A stretch of 64,000 nucleotides of DNA from Thalassophryne amazonica (taxonomy: Eukaryota): assembly GCF_902500255.1 (NCBI RefSeq), contig NC_047118.1, positions 75,533,565-75,597,564 on the forward strand. The letters are read 5' to 3'. Positions 49,526 to 62,440 of this stretch are shown piece after piece. Positions within the stretch are counted from its first letter, which is position 1; each line of letters begins with the position of its first letter. The position numbers were made by a program, and so were the translations under genes. The notes under the pieces are model-generated. The model was not told where the DNA came from. It made no database searches and worked only from the letters and a program-made list of their open reading frames with translations.

Positions 49526-52500
49526 TGAGCCTAAAAACAGACATCCATGTTGGATTTTAAAATTTTAGAGGAATCTATAAAACAGTTCAGAATGGCACCC
49601 CATCTAATATTACAAACATATAGTCTGTGATTAAAATGCACAACTAAACAACATTTTTGTGCCTTTATCTACGTAGTAACTATAATTTACTTTAGGTTCC
49701 TTCAAAATGGAGCACAGACAAAGTGCTGCACCTCATATTAAAGCTGACGCTTTGCACTTGGACTTCTTGTGGAAATGCCTAAAATATAAACTGCTTGTGT
49801 TCAAATACTCTGGATCCAACTGTAAAGATTTCTTTGTCCTAAGGTTAGAAATAGAAAAAGTAAATTTCATTCTGAGTGCTCTTTCTAGTTTTTTCTTCAC
49901 ACGGCAACAAAGAGCAGAGGCAGATACAGGTTTCCATTTATATTTTTTAGGTGATTCAGTGTGAAAACAAACAGAATGTGAACATTCGTCAAACAGCATC
50001 CAGCCAGATCCTGAAGGTCACATGATCACCGGATCAACCAAACACACAAGAGTTCACAAGCATGATAAACCACAGACAACATGCAGAAAATGCCTGAAAT
50101 AACATCAAATATCATTTAATAGCACATTTTCATTTTTCTTTCAACAAACTCATAAGGAGACAAAGAAAAAATGTGACATAATAGTGTGCACGAATGCATG
50201 GAAGCTTATAAAGGACTCATTCAAACTCTATGCAGACTTTACAACAAATACTGAAAATTATTTTTGTTTTTACTGAATGAAGAGTTTAGAGTGAAAAGAA
50301 AGAAAAATATTTTAAAAGCCTCCAAATTACACAAACACAAACTGTTTGAATATCAACTCCTCGTTGTACATTTAAAACATTTAGGTCAAATATGCTTCCG
50401 TGGTTTTTTTGTTCTTTTCTTCTTTGTTTTTCCTGGTGGGGAATCTGTACAAAGACCTTTGGTTGAATCTGTGCTGCTGTTTTATACAATATACATATTT
50501 AAATCAAATTTAAATACTATTTTGGCTAGAATTAATATAAAAAAATAGTATATGAGTCAACATGCTTTGTTTCTTATGAACATTATCTTGCACTTTTACA
50601 CATTTTATACAGGAATTCAGAGAAGCAGAAATATGTAAAATACAAAATGTTTAACCTGACTTGAAATGTTTTTGTTTTTTTAATATTCAAAAGTTAAAAT
50701 CTGTAAATTGGCCAAACACTAAAACAAAATTAATAATTGAACCGCTGCTCAAGCATTCTTTCAGGCAACCTGCTTCATGTTATATTTGTTTATTAATACA
50801 TTGCTGATATGAAATGTTGAACTCTTTAGCTTTTCCCTTTTTTCCATTTGGGGTCACCACAGCAGATCCATCTCAGACCTGCATGATGATTTGGCACAAG
50901 TTTTACGCTAGACACCCTTCCAGGCTTAACTCCACATCACATTGGAGAAACCACTCGGACACTACGCTGCCCTAAATATTGGACTCTATGAAAAACAAGA
51001 GTCTTTTCTTTTTTAATAAAACATGAGTGCACAGTTATGTTAGTTCACTTGGTTCTGCATTGATAAATAATAATGAAAAAGTGTAAATATTAAAATCTCA
51101 CTTATTAACTGAATCCTCTCATCTGTGTGTTGAAGTGTCCTTGAGCAAGACACTGAAGCTGAACCTGTTGTCGGTGCTCAGCACCGCCCCACGCTATGGT
51201 TTAGCCCCTCTGGAGAAAAGCTCTGCGTATACAAAAAAATAAAATCTACGTCTACCGTCACATTTGGGATTTATGTGGGAAAATGCAGTTGCCATGACAA
51301 CAATCACGCTAGTGTTTTGGCTGCAACCTGTTGGAATAAAATTATTTTCAGCTGACTGAGATTGATCGGCAGTTCAGAGGTTTGACAGCGCAAAGGAAAA
51401 AGTGACCTCTGACATTCCGACAGGCTGATAAACACAAACATTCATCATCCTGCTGACTTGTGACAGCGTGGAAGCTAACAGTAGATGATGAGTTTTTTTA
51501 AAAATAGAAATGTTTTTGTAAATCATGCAGTGTCCTGTCAGAACTTCCACAAAGACAACTTAGTGGCGGATGTTGGTAAAAGACATGTCGATGGAAGCAG
51601 CAAAATTCTGCCTGAAAACTGTTGCAAAGTTCAAATACAGTAACTCAATGACAACTGTTGGCAGCACAGTTAGCTTACCTCTGTTGCTGTGAAACACGTT
51701 AGCTTGTAGCTGAATGTGCTATCTGAGCGTGTTGTAATATTTTTAGCCAATATGACATCACCGGTTTTGTTGATGATAATTAGCGTCACACTGAAAACAG
51801 CAGCTGTAAAGTGATGACATCACCACACGTCTAACCCAGCCCACTGTATTCATGTCTTCTGGCACGAATACAATTTGTTTTGCAGGTCGCAAATGAGACG
51901 TTCAGTCAGAGACACCTGCTAGCTCCACTGTATGTTACAAAACTATTACATGCACATTGATCGCAGAAGCAAAGCTTTTTTTTTAAACAATGGACCAAAT
52001 GAACCGATTGCTTCATACAATGGTTCAGATCTAAATCATTCATTGTGTCAAAACACACAAAACAATAAGTGAAACAGTTTCAGAAAATGGTTCATTATAA
52101 CGAAGCACTCAAAACAGTTACTGAAAGATGTGCTTCAGAAATAGGTTCACTGGAAACTAAGTGAAACAATTACTTCATAAAATGATTTGCTGTTTTGAAG
52201 TTGTCATTACCCAGACTACAACTTAAAAATGAGATGTATAATTATAGATTATAGAACCTTTTTTTAATGTGATAACTTGGTCAATAGAATTGAAATGCTG
52301 TTAAAATGTTTGTTAAAATATAATAATTTAGTATGTTAATTACAAAACTATATTATAAACAAACTATTGCATTAAACACCTTTTTATTAAAAAATTGTTA
52401 AATTGAAATTATATTTTTGATATGGCATTAACTTTGGTAAAACCTAGACTTTTCTGGAATTTTTTTAAATTGTTATTGCATTTTTTTGTTGTTGTTTTTT

Positions 52501-52832
52501 CACAGAATTGAATGACTTCAGTGCAAGATTACTTGATGATTTGAATCGCTGAAAATACTGATGTTGAACAAATTATTGGTTTGATTTCTTACCATTTTTA
52601 TAATCAATGTCTTATTGCTATTGAAAGAAATTCATCATTTAAAACAAACAAAAACTTAATTTGTTTTCTTTGGGAAGCTTCAGTGCTGGTGTTCGTGAAA
52701 AAAAAAAGAATGACTAAATGGCGACTATTCCATCATTAGCTCCGCCTCCTCTGACTGTGCTCAGTGTTCAGTTCAGAGGAAGCAAAACATTTCAATTTCC
52801 TGAGGATGAGGAGTGATGTGGGCGGGGCTGAT

Positions 52833-52929
52833 TCAGTCTAACATGGCGTCCAGCTGGTCTGCGAGGTCATCGAACATGTTGCCGATGTCATCCAGAATGT
52901 TCCCTGTAGACTTCACTTGACTCGGCCCA
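52833..52929 (-). CDS. Caskin-like gene, terminal coding exon (S|[31 protein letters not shown], stop TGA at 52833-52835 on minus)
   Basis: Acceptor ccccactag|tgggcc. The peptide matches the conserved C-terminal 'Caskin tail' (…[19 protein letters not shown]-type ending) as I recall it from vertebrate CASKIN1/2. Family call from memory, not a database hit. Confidence 0.6.
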
Positions 52930-53287
52930 CTAGTGGGGTAAAAAAGAATAAACACAAATCAACAGCTTAAGAGTCTAAAACCACACGTTACACTCCATGG
53001 GGTGATAAGACACGGGAGCTCCAGACCACGCTCCCTCCCAGACAGGAGGTGCAATAACAGTCGGTCTCTCCGACAGACTGTGTGGGCGGGTCTTTCCAGA
53101 ATAGTGGGTGTGTCAGAATCAACAGCTGATTGGATATGAGATTCACGAAGGCCATTGCCCTTTGTGGTACGTAGCTGTGGTGGCTAACAACAAAATCTAC
53201 ACATGAACATTGTGAAACTGTATGTTGGTGACATTTTGGTGTCAGGGTCACACTGATTAAATAATGAAATGTGTTTGGACATCTTAC

Positions 53288-53558
53288 CTTTCATCATCCT
53301 CCAGGTTCAGTTTTCTCTCCGCAGCCTTCAGAGCTGCTTCTAGCGACGTACTCGTCTGCTCAAGCCTCTGCTGCACCACCTCTGCCCCGTACAACACCTC
53401 TGTGACGGAGCCCGGGGTCATCATGGACACCTGTGTCTTTGTTGGTGTGGGGTTCCGAGGCGCTGCCGGGGAGGATGCTCGGACAGGAGAGGATGGAGAG
53501 GTAAAGGCCACGCTTTGGACCACAGTGACAGTGAGAGCCGGAGGGGAAGCTGCCGCTG
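53288..53558 (-). CDS. Caskin-like gene, penultimate coding exon (…AAAASPPALTVTVVQSVAFTSPSSPVRASSPAAPRNPTPTKTQVSMMTPGSVTEVLYGAEVVQQRLEQTSTSLEAALKAAERKLNLEDDE|S)
   Basis: Acceptor gtgcctag|cagcgg, donor gatgaaag|gtaagatg. Reading frame is continuous with the flanking exons (phases 1 to 2). Confidence 0.6.
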
Positions 53559-54504
53559 CTAGGCACAGAAACAACAACGTTATTCGACATTCTTATTAGT
53601 GACATCTGACTAGTGTCGCTACCAGGGCATCTCTAGTTCAACTCCCATCACACTCAGCCACATTTCCACAAAAAACTGGGTGAACACAATCTGAACCTAA
53701 GCAACTTATTAAAAAGGCAGTAGAAACTGTTAAGGGTGTGGTGTGTTCTCTATGGACGTACGTGGAGGACGTGGTCCAACTTTGGACATGTAACAAAAAA
53801 AAAAGCAGCAACGATGTGGTCAAAACAGGATGCACTAAGCATTAAATAATGATGTGCGGGGCAGACAGCTTCTCCCAGCAGCAGTGGGGAGAAGTGCTGT
53901 GCTGCTTTTTTAATGGAATGTGCTGGTGAATGTGCTGTCCGTAGCGCTAAACGCAGCCTAAAATAGAAATCAATAAATATATGTGGAAAAAATAATCTCC
54001 TGCACCTCCTCATACAAACTGAGCTTTGCTTCAAAGCATGCACACGGAGCATATTTGAATGTGTATTTATAACAGAGATGGCATTTTGGCAGGAAAGCTA
54101 TTTTCTTACATGTGGATATAAGAAAACTTACAGAATGAATTTAAAAAAAGTGCAGCGCCTGTCACAGGGCAGAAACAGTTTGCAGTAAGAACACTGTAAG
54201 AATAAATTCTATATAATTAGTGAGAATGTGTTAGAAGCTCTGAGAACATGGCAGGGACTTAATCACAACAAAGTATGGACTCAAACATGCATCACAAAAT
54301 CAACATTTTCAGGATGCAGTGTGTTGTTCATGGTGTTCACCTGAGTTAGATTTGGTTTTAGCACCATCGCTTCATAGCAGGACACCTGTTAGTATCGACC
54401 TGGCCTGGGTGGCCTATCTTTGTGAAATTGACATGTTTCCATGTCGTTTTCTCCAAGCAACAATTTATATCAATAACAATGACATGAACAATATGTGAAT
54501 TTAC

Positions 54505-56166
54505 CTTGTGCTGCCAGCAGGCTGTGACGGACAGGTTTTGGAGCAATAGCAGGCTTTGGGGATAGAGGAGGTCTAATGGGGGATCCTGTAGATGGACTTG
54601 ATGGCCTCCCCTCTTTGAACCTGAGAGTGATGTCCTCCTGGTTCTGGGAAAGTGGTCTGATGTTGCCAGTCTCAAACCCAGTAGCTGCCTCTCTGGTAGA
54701 CGAGGATCCAGCTTCTTTTTCCTTGGGTTTGTGCCTGCGTTTCACTGTGTCTGACTCCTTCAGGTTAAACTCTGGCACCTGCAGGTTTTTGGCTGCCAGT
54801 TTCTCTGGGGGTTCCAGCACGGTCTCAGCCCTCGGTGGTCCTGCAACCTTGGGCCTCTGTTTGATTGTCAGGTTGCCCTCCTCGGCAAAGGGGATGCACT
54901 CGCTGGAGCTGTTGTGAGGGGAGGAAGAGCATTCTATCCCTGGTCCCTTTGCTTCTTCTTCCTCAGAATCAGATCTCACCCCTTGGTCTTGATCAGGGTT
55001 GATGGTTTGGATGACAATAAACTCGCTCTGTGCCCTCCTCTTCACCCCTGTGGCATCATGGGGTTCTTGAACTTTGAGAGAGATGAAAGGTGATTGTTGC
55101 TGGATGGGGTCTAACTTAGGGCCTAAATGGTTCTTCACCTCTGAGCTTCCCTCCAGAGAGGCAGCAATGCTCCTCACATTACCCGGACTGTCAGTCACAA
55201 CACTACCACTGGAAGATGTTGTGCTGCAGTCACTCAACTCACCACTGGTCGTGCTACTTACTGAGCTCAGTCTCTTGGGTGGCGGAGGTGGGGGACCTTT
55301 TTTCCGGGCACGAACGGCAAAGGACTGACTCCGTCCCACATTGGTATTCTTTTCTGGGCTTGACTGTAATCGCGCAAGTTGGCTCCGGCCAGGTTTTCGA
55401 GTCAAAGTGGCATATGATGACAGGCTTCCAGAAGGAAGAGCAGGCTCCTCATCGTCATCATCAAGCTCACCATCTGAGAGGGCATAGCGGGTCCGGGTCT
55501 GTGAGCGCTTCGCGAGGGGTGCCAGAGCATGACTGTGATCTTCAGGTGGGACATTTGAGGTCTGCTCCAGGTCTGTGGATCCACAATGAGAATGCAGGTA
55601 GCTGAAGCCTTTCAGTGCTGGAGAGCCGTGCGGAGAGGAGCCTTGAGATCTAGGGAGTTTGGGCTTTGCTGGGATAGCCGGGTATTTAAAGACGGTGGCT
55701 GTACCCAGAGGTACCTGCTTGGGCAGCGGTTGGTGATGTAATGGCTTCTGATCCCAGCATTCTGGGATATTCCTCTCCATATTGTCTTGGGACCAGGCAC
55801 TGGGAATGATTGCAGCTGTGGGAGGATCCTGAGAGCGCCCTGACCCTCTTAATCGGGTACTGATGCTCTCCTGATAATGGGATATTCCCACTGCATTCTT
55901 GATGGCCAAGCCATCTTCGCAGCCTCCGTAGTGGCTTGATATGGCAGACTGCAACTCTGGACTAAGCTCACTGTCCTGAAAGGTCAACATCTTTGGGGTG
56001 CGAGGTGACGGGCTTTCACTGCCAGCATCAGGTGGCTCGATAGTTACGAGGTGGAGGTCTCCAGGGCCTTTTCTTTGCAATGTGCCTTGGGTAGATTCTG
56101 CCTGAATGATTGCCCTCTGGATGTCGCATAATTTCTTCACAGCCAACATGAGCTTCTTCTGGTGGC
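54505..56166 (-). CDS. Caskin-like gene, large exon (1662 nt): end of a SAM domain (…GHQKKLMLAVKKLCDIQRAIIQAE…) followed by about 520 codons of Pro/Ser-rich low-complexity linker (…RKKGPPPPPPKRLSSVSSTTSGELSDCSTTSSSGS…)
   Basis: Acceptor is (ct)n…ctag|gcc, with the (GA)n microsatellite 56163-56262 supplying the polypyrimidine tract on the coding strand. Donor gcacaag|gtaaattc. ORF 54470..56347 is open throughout, but its N-terminal 'LSLSLS…' is intronic microsatellite, not protein. The SAM 'LGHQKKLML' motif and a long proline-rich exon fit Caskin SAM2 plus linker; confidence is moderate. Confidence 0.6.
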
Positions 56167-56168
56167 CT

Positions 56169-56200
<32 letters not shown>

Positions 56201-56222
56201 CGAGAGAGAGAGAGAGCGAGAG

Positions 56223-56257
<35 letters not shown>

Positions 56258-56262
56258 TAAAA
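56163..56262. repeat. (GA)n microsatellite with occasional GCGA units
   Basis: agagagagagagcgagagag… On the minus strand it reads (CT)n immediately 5' of the exon acceptor. Confidence 0.9.
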
Positions 56263-57702
56263 TTAAGGGTGTAAAATAAATATTGATGGTGTTGTGATGC
56301 ATTCCCTTTTTGATTGTAAAGGCTTCAGTTAACAAGAGCGACACCAATTGTGGCTCATGCCCCTGCAGTATGTTAAGACTGGTGTGTGGTTTGATAGTAT
56401 CAGTGATAATGAGGTCTGGAAATGATTTCTAAAGCAAAAGACTGGTGCTTTAAAGATGGTATATGGTCTGTTTGAAAAGCGAAAGGTTGCCGCTTTATAA
56501 CTGGTATGTGGTATACTGACCCTCATTTTCCAAAGGAACCTTACCATAGCTTCCCCCAATTAGGATTAAAGCAAAAATAAAATAAATTAAATCTTCTGAC
56601 TTTTTTTTTTTAAAGGCCAAATCATAAGCTGTTCACCATCTGTTTTTTTTTTTATAGAAACCCTTTTGCGATCGTGTCCTAGGATTTAAGGTAAAACAAG
56701 GCAGAGACAGTTAAGAACACAATGAGAATCAACAGAAATCTTTTAAAATACAAAAGATTAAATACGAGCTGTGTTTCTTTTTCCTGGTCAAAAAAAGGAT
56801 GAGCAGAAATTGAAAAAAAAAATGGTTTGTTTTCTCTTCATATTTAGAATAGGCTAATAAAAACTCAAATCACTGGCAAACAGAACAAATAAAAATGACC
56901 TGTTTTCTCTTATTGCAGACATCTAAGAAGGGTGAGGTCAAAAAATAGGAAACCGTCGGACTGCGAGCGGCAACTGTGTGGAGGGTGTGGGAGGGGGTTT
57001 CGGGGGCCTCCCCTGGCATTTTTTTTTTTAATAAGGTCCCAAATGGTGCACTTTGACCACAATTTTAAGGATGAGTAAGAACCACAGTCCATATTTGCTC
57101 ACAAAAAAATGTTTGTATTTTACATATTTAAACAGAATGAGGGGTCGTGATAGCAGGAAAAAAAAAAATGTACACATTTCCATTCCAACAGCTTTCCATT
57201 CATGACACAGAAGTCAAACCACAGCGAGGACACAATTACGCAAAGTTTGAATCTTCACAGCAATGAATGTAAACTGATTGAACAATATTCAATTTTATTA
57301 TATGGCTACGGCGGTACGTGCGCTTTGACTGGCTGATTTCTGGTCTGATATCTTCCCATATCAGTCTGTTACCATGACAATTAGTCTGGATCACGTATCA
57401 GATTTGCGATTTTGTTTACAATTTTCACAACAAAATAAAATAAAACAAAAAGTGGACAAAGATAATGGAGGAATTAACAGCAAACAAGCTCAAAGTGGAC
57501 GTGCAAAATGAGATGTGAAAACACAGATCCAAAACAGTCAAGAACAGATTGAAAACTGCTTTACAAACCAGAAAGCTAGAAACACAATTAGAAAAACCAA
57601 GTCAGACATGAACATACTCCATAAATATCTAAATGGCAAAAAACACACACACACACACAGATTGAAAGCCTACCAGTTAACGGCCGGGCCATCTGTTGAC
57701 AA

Positions 57703-58826
57703 CAGTGTTGCCACAGTTACTTTGAAAAAGTAATCCAATTACTGATTACTGATTACTCCTTGAAAAAGTAACTTAGTTACTTTACTGATTACTCAGTTGT
57801 AAAAGTAACTAAGTTAGATTACTAGTTACTTTTTTAGTTATTTTCCCCAGCTGTCGACAACAACCCTCTGCCACCTCAACATGACAATGATACTTGTTTA
57901 GCCAAAACTCGCTTTATAGTCACCCTTTCTTGACTTCAATGAAAATAAATACTTGTTTTATAAAAAGTAAAATAAAGACCTCTTTCTTGACCTCATATTT
58001 AACTGTTGACAGCACTGTAACAGTAAAACTTGCAATTTCTAACCTACATTGTTAATAAATGTAACTATTAAATTCTTTCTAACATTTTTCTAACATTTAA
58101 ATTCTCTCTAAACATTTTACTTGTCGAAATTATTATTATTATTATAAGTAGTATTAGTAGCTGTAGTAAAAAAAAAAGGCTTCAAAACTGGACCTTTAAT
58201 CTAGGGGTGTTGTGGGGGGGGCACATCCTTGCCCCATGCCCCCATTCCATCTGGATTTGCCCCTGCTTTGGTGGTTGAGCACAAAGAATGGATAACATTT
58301 ATTTATGCAGAAAACATGACCAGATTTACAGGTAAGAAATTTTTATTGTGTTTTCACATCATGTGGTCATCAGAAAGAGAGTTTAGGTGCATTTGAGTGG
58401 AAAATACTGTTAGTTGTTGACGCGTTGCGGAGGATCAGCTGTTTTTAATGAGCAGATACGGAGCGGCTCAGCTCAGAATTCTAAATAAAGGAGGAAAAAA
58501 CATAAAAATGTCTTTGTAAAGCTCAGTGCAGGTGTGCTGTTTTCACCGTGCTTTAAGAGGTGAGGACGAGCTGCTGCAGAAAACCGCGGATGAAAAGCTC
58601 ACAGCTCGCTTAAAGTGGGCGGTTCAGTCGAACCCCGACCTCCTGCCCATGGACCAAGTTTAATGCTGCTATCGACCCACAATGCAAAAATAATAGTAAC
58701 GCACAGTGACTTGGAGAAGTAACTTTAATCTGATTACTGATTTGGAAAGATTAACGCGTTAGATTACTCGTTACTAAAAAAAGTGGTCAGATTAGAGTAA
58801 CGCGTTACTGGCATCACTGGTTAACA
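57703..58826. mobile_element. hAT-like non-autonomous element (about 1.12 kb) with an 8-bp target-site duplication GTTGACAA / GTTAACAA
   Basis: Termini cagtgttgccacagttactttgaaaaagtaatc… and …(rc) cagtgatgccagtaacgcgttactctaatctgacc are related inverted repeats. Subterminal GTAAC(T)/AGTTAC reiterations at both ends (57720-57850, 58700-58810). Flanks gttgacaa|…|gttaacaa (7 of 8 identical). Confidence 0.5.
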
Positions 58827-61289
58827 AGTTCTTCACGGAGGTGAAGAAAACGAATGTGTCTCACTACGAGCCCAACAACCTCAGCAGCTTTCATATTCGG
58901 ACGATACCGGAAGGTAGTATGTTTATACATATAACAGCCATATAATAAACAAATTATTAACCTCGCTTGCTCGGTCTGTATGAGAAAATATCAGACCTCT
59001 GTGTTTTTTGCACGGTACTGTATTGTCAACACCTCAGTCTATTTTCCCGTACAGACCTCACGCTCAGTTAATAATCCTTTAAAGCTTGTTTGAACTGATA
59101 TTGAATAGTAGAATAAATTTGCCATTCATAACTGTGTAGATTCGAAACAATAAGGTTCTAGATGATATGAGGTAAAATAATCTATTTTAAAATTGCATGT
59201 CAGTGCTACTTTATCATCACATGTTCGTGAGAATGAAACAGCTTAGACTGAACTAAGCTATTATTGAGCCATTACGACACCTGGACCACTTGGGTCGTAA
59301 TTTAACGGTTTCATTATTATTTTAAGCTGTTCAGCCATTTTCATGTTGTTCAAAGTAAAACCAGGTCACATTTAACGAGTGCACGACCGGCTTTTTAAGC
59401 ACAGTCAATACATGGAAAACACATGAGCTGTCTTTCAGCAAAAACCTAGAATCAACAGGGAAACCATGACTTCATGAACACAAGAAATTTGGAAAAATGT
59501 TTTTGAAAATTATTATTATTATTACTACAAAGAACTGATTGTTGAGAGCCTTCCTGGTGGTGAAAAACATAGCTGGAAGTTGTTTTGTTGAGTGCACAGA
59601 CTTTTGTCGTGGTCACGGAGGCACTATTTCCCACATGAAACATACTTCAAGTAGTTGTGACACCAGAAGCATTCAGCTTCGTCACGTAGTACAAGAAAGA
59701 ATGTCTGAGCTCATCCTTTTTCTCCAGCCAGGACCATTTAAACTTGGTTTTGATTATGTCACGCAATGTCATCATGCCTTTACAGTGTGGACAAGGCCAA
59801 AATCCCACTTTTATTCAAAATGGCAATGTCCAATGTCAAGAAAGATGACTTTAAGCTTGCTTTTAGCTCGTTTTCATCTTGGAATATAGTACGTGCCATT
59901 GGATTAATATACATGCTGTTGGATTAAACTGGACAGTGTTTGGTACTTTCCCGGAGTAAGTGAGGTCATACCGGACTTTTCCATTGCAGATGGGGAGGCC
60001 CATGGAATGAACTCAGTGGTGAAGATGATGGAATATGTCTAAGATGATTCTAAAATGACAAAGTATGATCAAATGAAGTATTAATGTGTTAAAAGTAATA
60101 TCTAAGAATGATTCCAACATAAGTATGATTAAATTAACTATTAATGTAATAAAAGTAAGAGCTGATTAGAAAAAGTATGTTACAAATAAGTGAAATGAAT
60201 GATTATATGAGTTGTTTTTCATAAAAAGTGCAGAGTCAGAAGAAAGAGGAAGTGAAGAAGTTGGTTTGATAAAGAGTGCAGAGTCAGAAAGAGGAAGTTA
60301 AGTGATGTCGCAAGCAGAGCAAGAGAAGCTGATAATAAACTGATCAAATGATTAAGATGTGGTAAAATATGAAAATGAATAATAAGGAATGAAAATGTTT
60401 GTATATGATCATGTGAATTGTTTTTATGTGAAAGAGAGTTGTAATGAAATGATTGAATATGATTGATGTGATTCTAAAAACATGATTTAGAAAAACAAAT
60501 TCTCAGAAAAGTTGAAGTGTTAACAGAAAAGAGGAACTTGAGAAATAAGTTACTGGCAAAGGGCTGCAGATGGCTTCCAGTAAGGGAAGGAGAAGGGAGG
60601 AGGTTTTGAGTCACCATCGTCCCCATGGTAACCAAGATCATCTGAACAGCAAAGAGTCAGCACATATATAAACTGTAAAACACCAGGAAACGGGGTTATT
60701 CTTCCAGGGAGAGGTGCTGTTGTCACTTCTCCCCTGCTACGAGGAAATCACAAGACTTGACCATCTTGTGAGCAGCAATTGGAATCGTGGAGTGAGAGGA
60801 TTGGAGCCATAAGAGATCATTTGAGAGAGTTTTCAACTCCCACTCAGGCCGTCCAGTCACGGAGTAGCAGAGCATTGGAGAATAATCACTGGCCTTAAGT
60901 CTGAGTGGGGAAGTTTCAACGTTTTCTCTCTCAAGGAACATCACAGCATACCAGAATGGATTAGATCAACTTTTGGTTGATTGAAGAAGGAATAAACTCT
61001 TATGTGGATTAATTTCCTGAAGGATTACAACATCACACAAGGATCGTGGTCAGCTAACAACTAATAGCTGATGAAGAGGAAATCAAGTTCATCGAGCTGG
61101 GGACTTTATCATCAAAAACCTCTTTCCCTCACTCCTAGAAAAACTGTTAAGAAATCAATCCAGTCCAGTCAAAGTAAGATCAGACAGTATTATTGAATTA
61201 AAAACAAAAATCTCTGCCGATCATTATTTTGATTATACTTGAATTACTGTTGTGAAATTATCATCATATAACCTATTTTGATTACCGTA

Positions 61290-62440
61290 TTTTCCGGACT
61301 ATAAGTCGCACCGGAGTATAAGTCGCACCAGCCACTTTATCCATTATAAAGAAAAACAAACCATAAATAAGTCGCACCGGAGTATAAGTCGCACCAGCCA
61401 CTTTATCCATTATAAAGAAAAATAAACCATAAATAAGGTCCACTGGACTATAAGTCCCATGGACATACAGGTATGTTAACATGAAAAGTTCAGATGATAA
61501 TATTGTGACGGCTACCGTTTTCGGATGCATATTTCACCAGTCGCAACTTGTAATCTGCAGAGTATGATTTTCTTTTTGGTGGCATTTTTTCGGGCCTTCT
61601 CCGTTGTCTTGTTATGTTATCAGTAACGTTAAAATTTTTATTTTTCTATGGTAGTCAGAAGTCGCAGGAACAGTCACACAAGCCTCGAGTGCCCTCTCGT
61701 GAGCTGCATTTTACCTACAGATATGTTTGTATTTTGCGGACCACATTGCGAGCCGAACCATGCAGCGCCTACCTGCGCAGCTCATGACCTCCCAGCGGTG
61801 TCGATCCAGCTCCTTCCAAGTGGAGACGCTAATCCTCCGCCGTCGCTCAGTGCTCCCATGCAGCTCTCAGCGTCAACTCTGCTCACACTGATATCCAAGG
61901 GTTGAAGCTGTCTTGTTAGCCGTCCCGGAATAAACACCATGTTCGTCTGCTTCAAACGCTTTTCACAATCATCGACGCCAGCTCCTTCCAAGTGCACACG
62001 CTAATCCTCCGCCGTCGCTCACCCAATGCTCCCACGCAGCTCTCAGCGTCAACTTAAACACTCTGCTCACATTGATATCCAAGAGTTGAAGCTGTTCTGT
62101 TCGCCAAGCCGGAATAACAGCAAGCACCGAGTTCGTCAGCTTCACACGCTGTGGGTGAGGTGAGGAATACGCATCCAAAGTTCTGTTCTCTGATTGGTTA
62201 TCGCGACCAGCGTGAACTATAGGATGGCCGTCATACTACAGTGCCCATGATGCATTGCATTTCCTTTTCCGGTGGCCATTTTAAAACATAGATCGACTCT
62301 GTCACGTAAAATTGTTTTGTTACAGTAAATTAATTGAGATCCTACCGGTATATTTTTCATTTATAAGTCGCACCGGAGTATAGGTCGCACCCCCGGCCAA
62401 AACATGTAAAAAAGTGTGACTTATAGTCCGGAAAATACGG
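61290..62440. mobile_element. TA-flanked non-autonomous TIR element (about 1.15 kb): TIR CCGTATTTTCCGGACTATAAGTC, subterminal 'agtcgcaccggagtataagtcgcacc' repeats, internal about 190-bp tandem duplication (61790-61970 and 61975-62160)
   Basis: Left gatTA|ccgtattttccggactataagtcgcacc…; right …ggtgcgac…gacttatagtccggaaaatacgg|TAtgttg. The 62-bp subterminal unit is repeated twice at the left end (61296-61440). Confidence 0.55.

Noticed and set aside
54470-56347. 625-aa minus-strand ORF that begins 'MVSLLLTEAFTIKKG…LSLSLSLSLSRSLSLSLS…'
   Set aside because: The N-terminal 60 codons are a translation of the intronic (GA)n/(CT)n microsatellite and intron sequence. The real coding exon starts at the AG acceptor at 56166. 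It is one exon of a spliced gene, not a stand-alone large protein.
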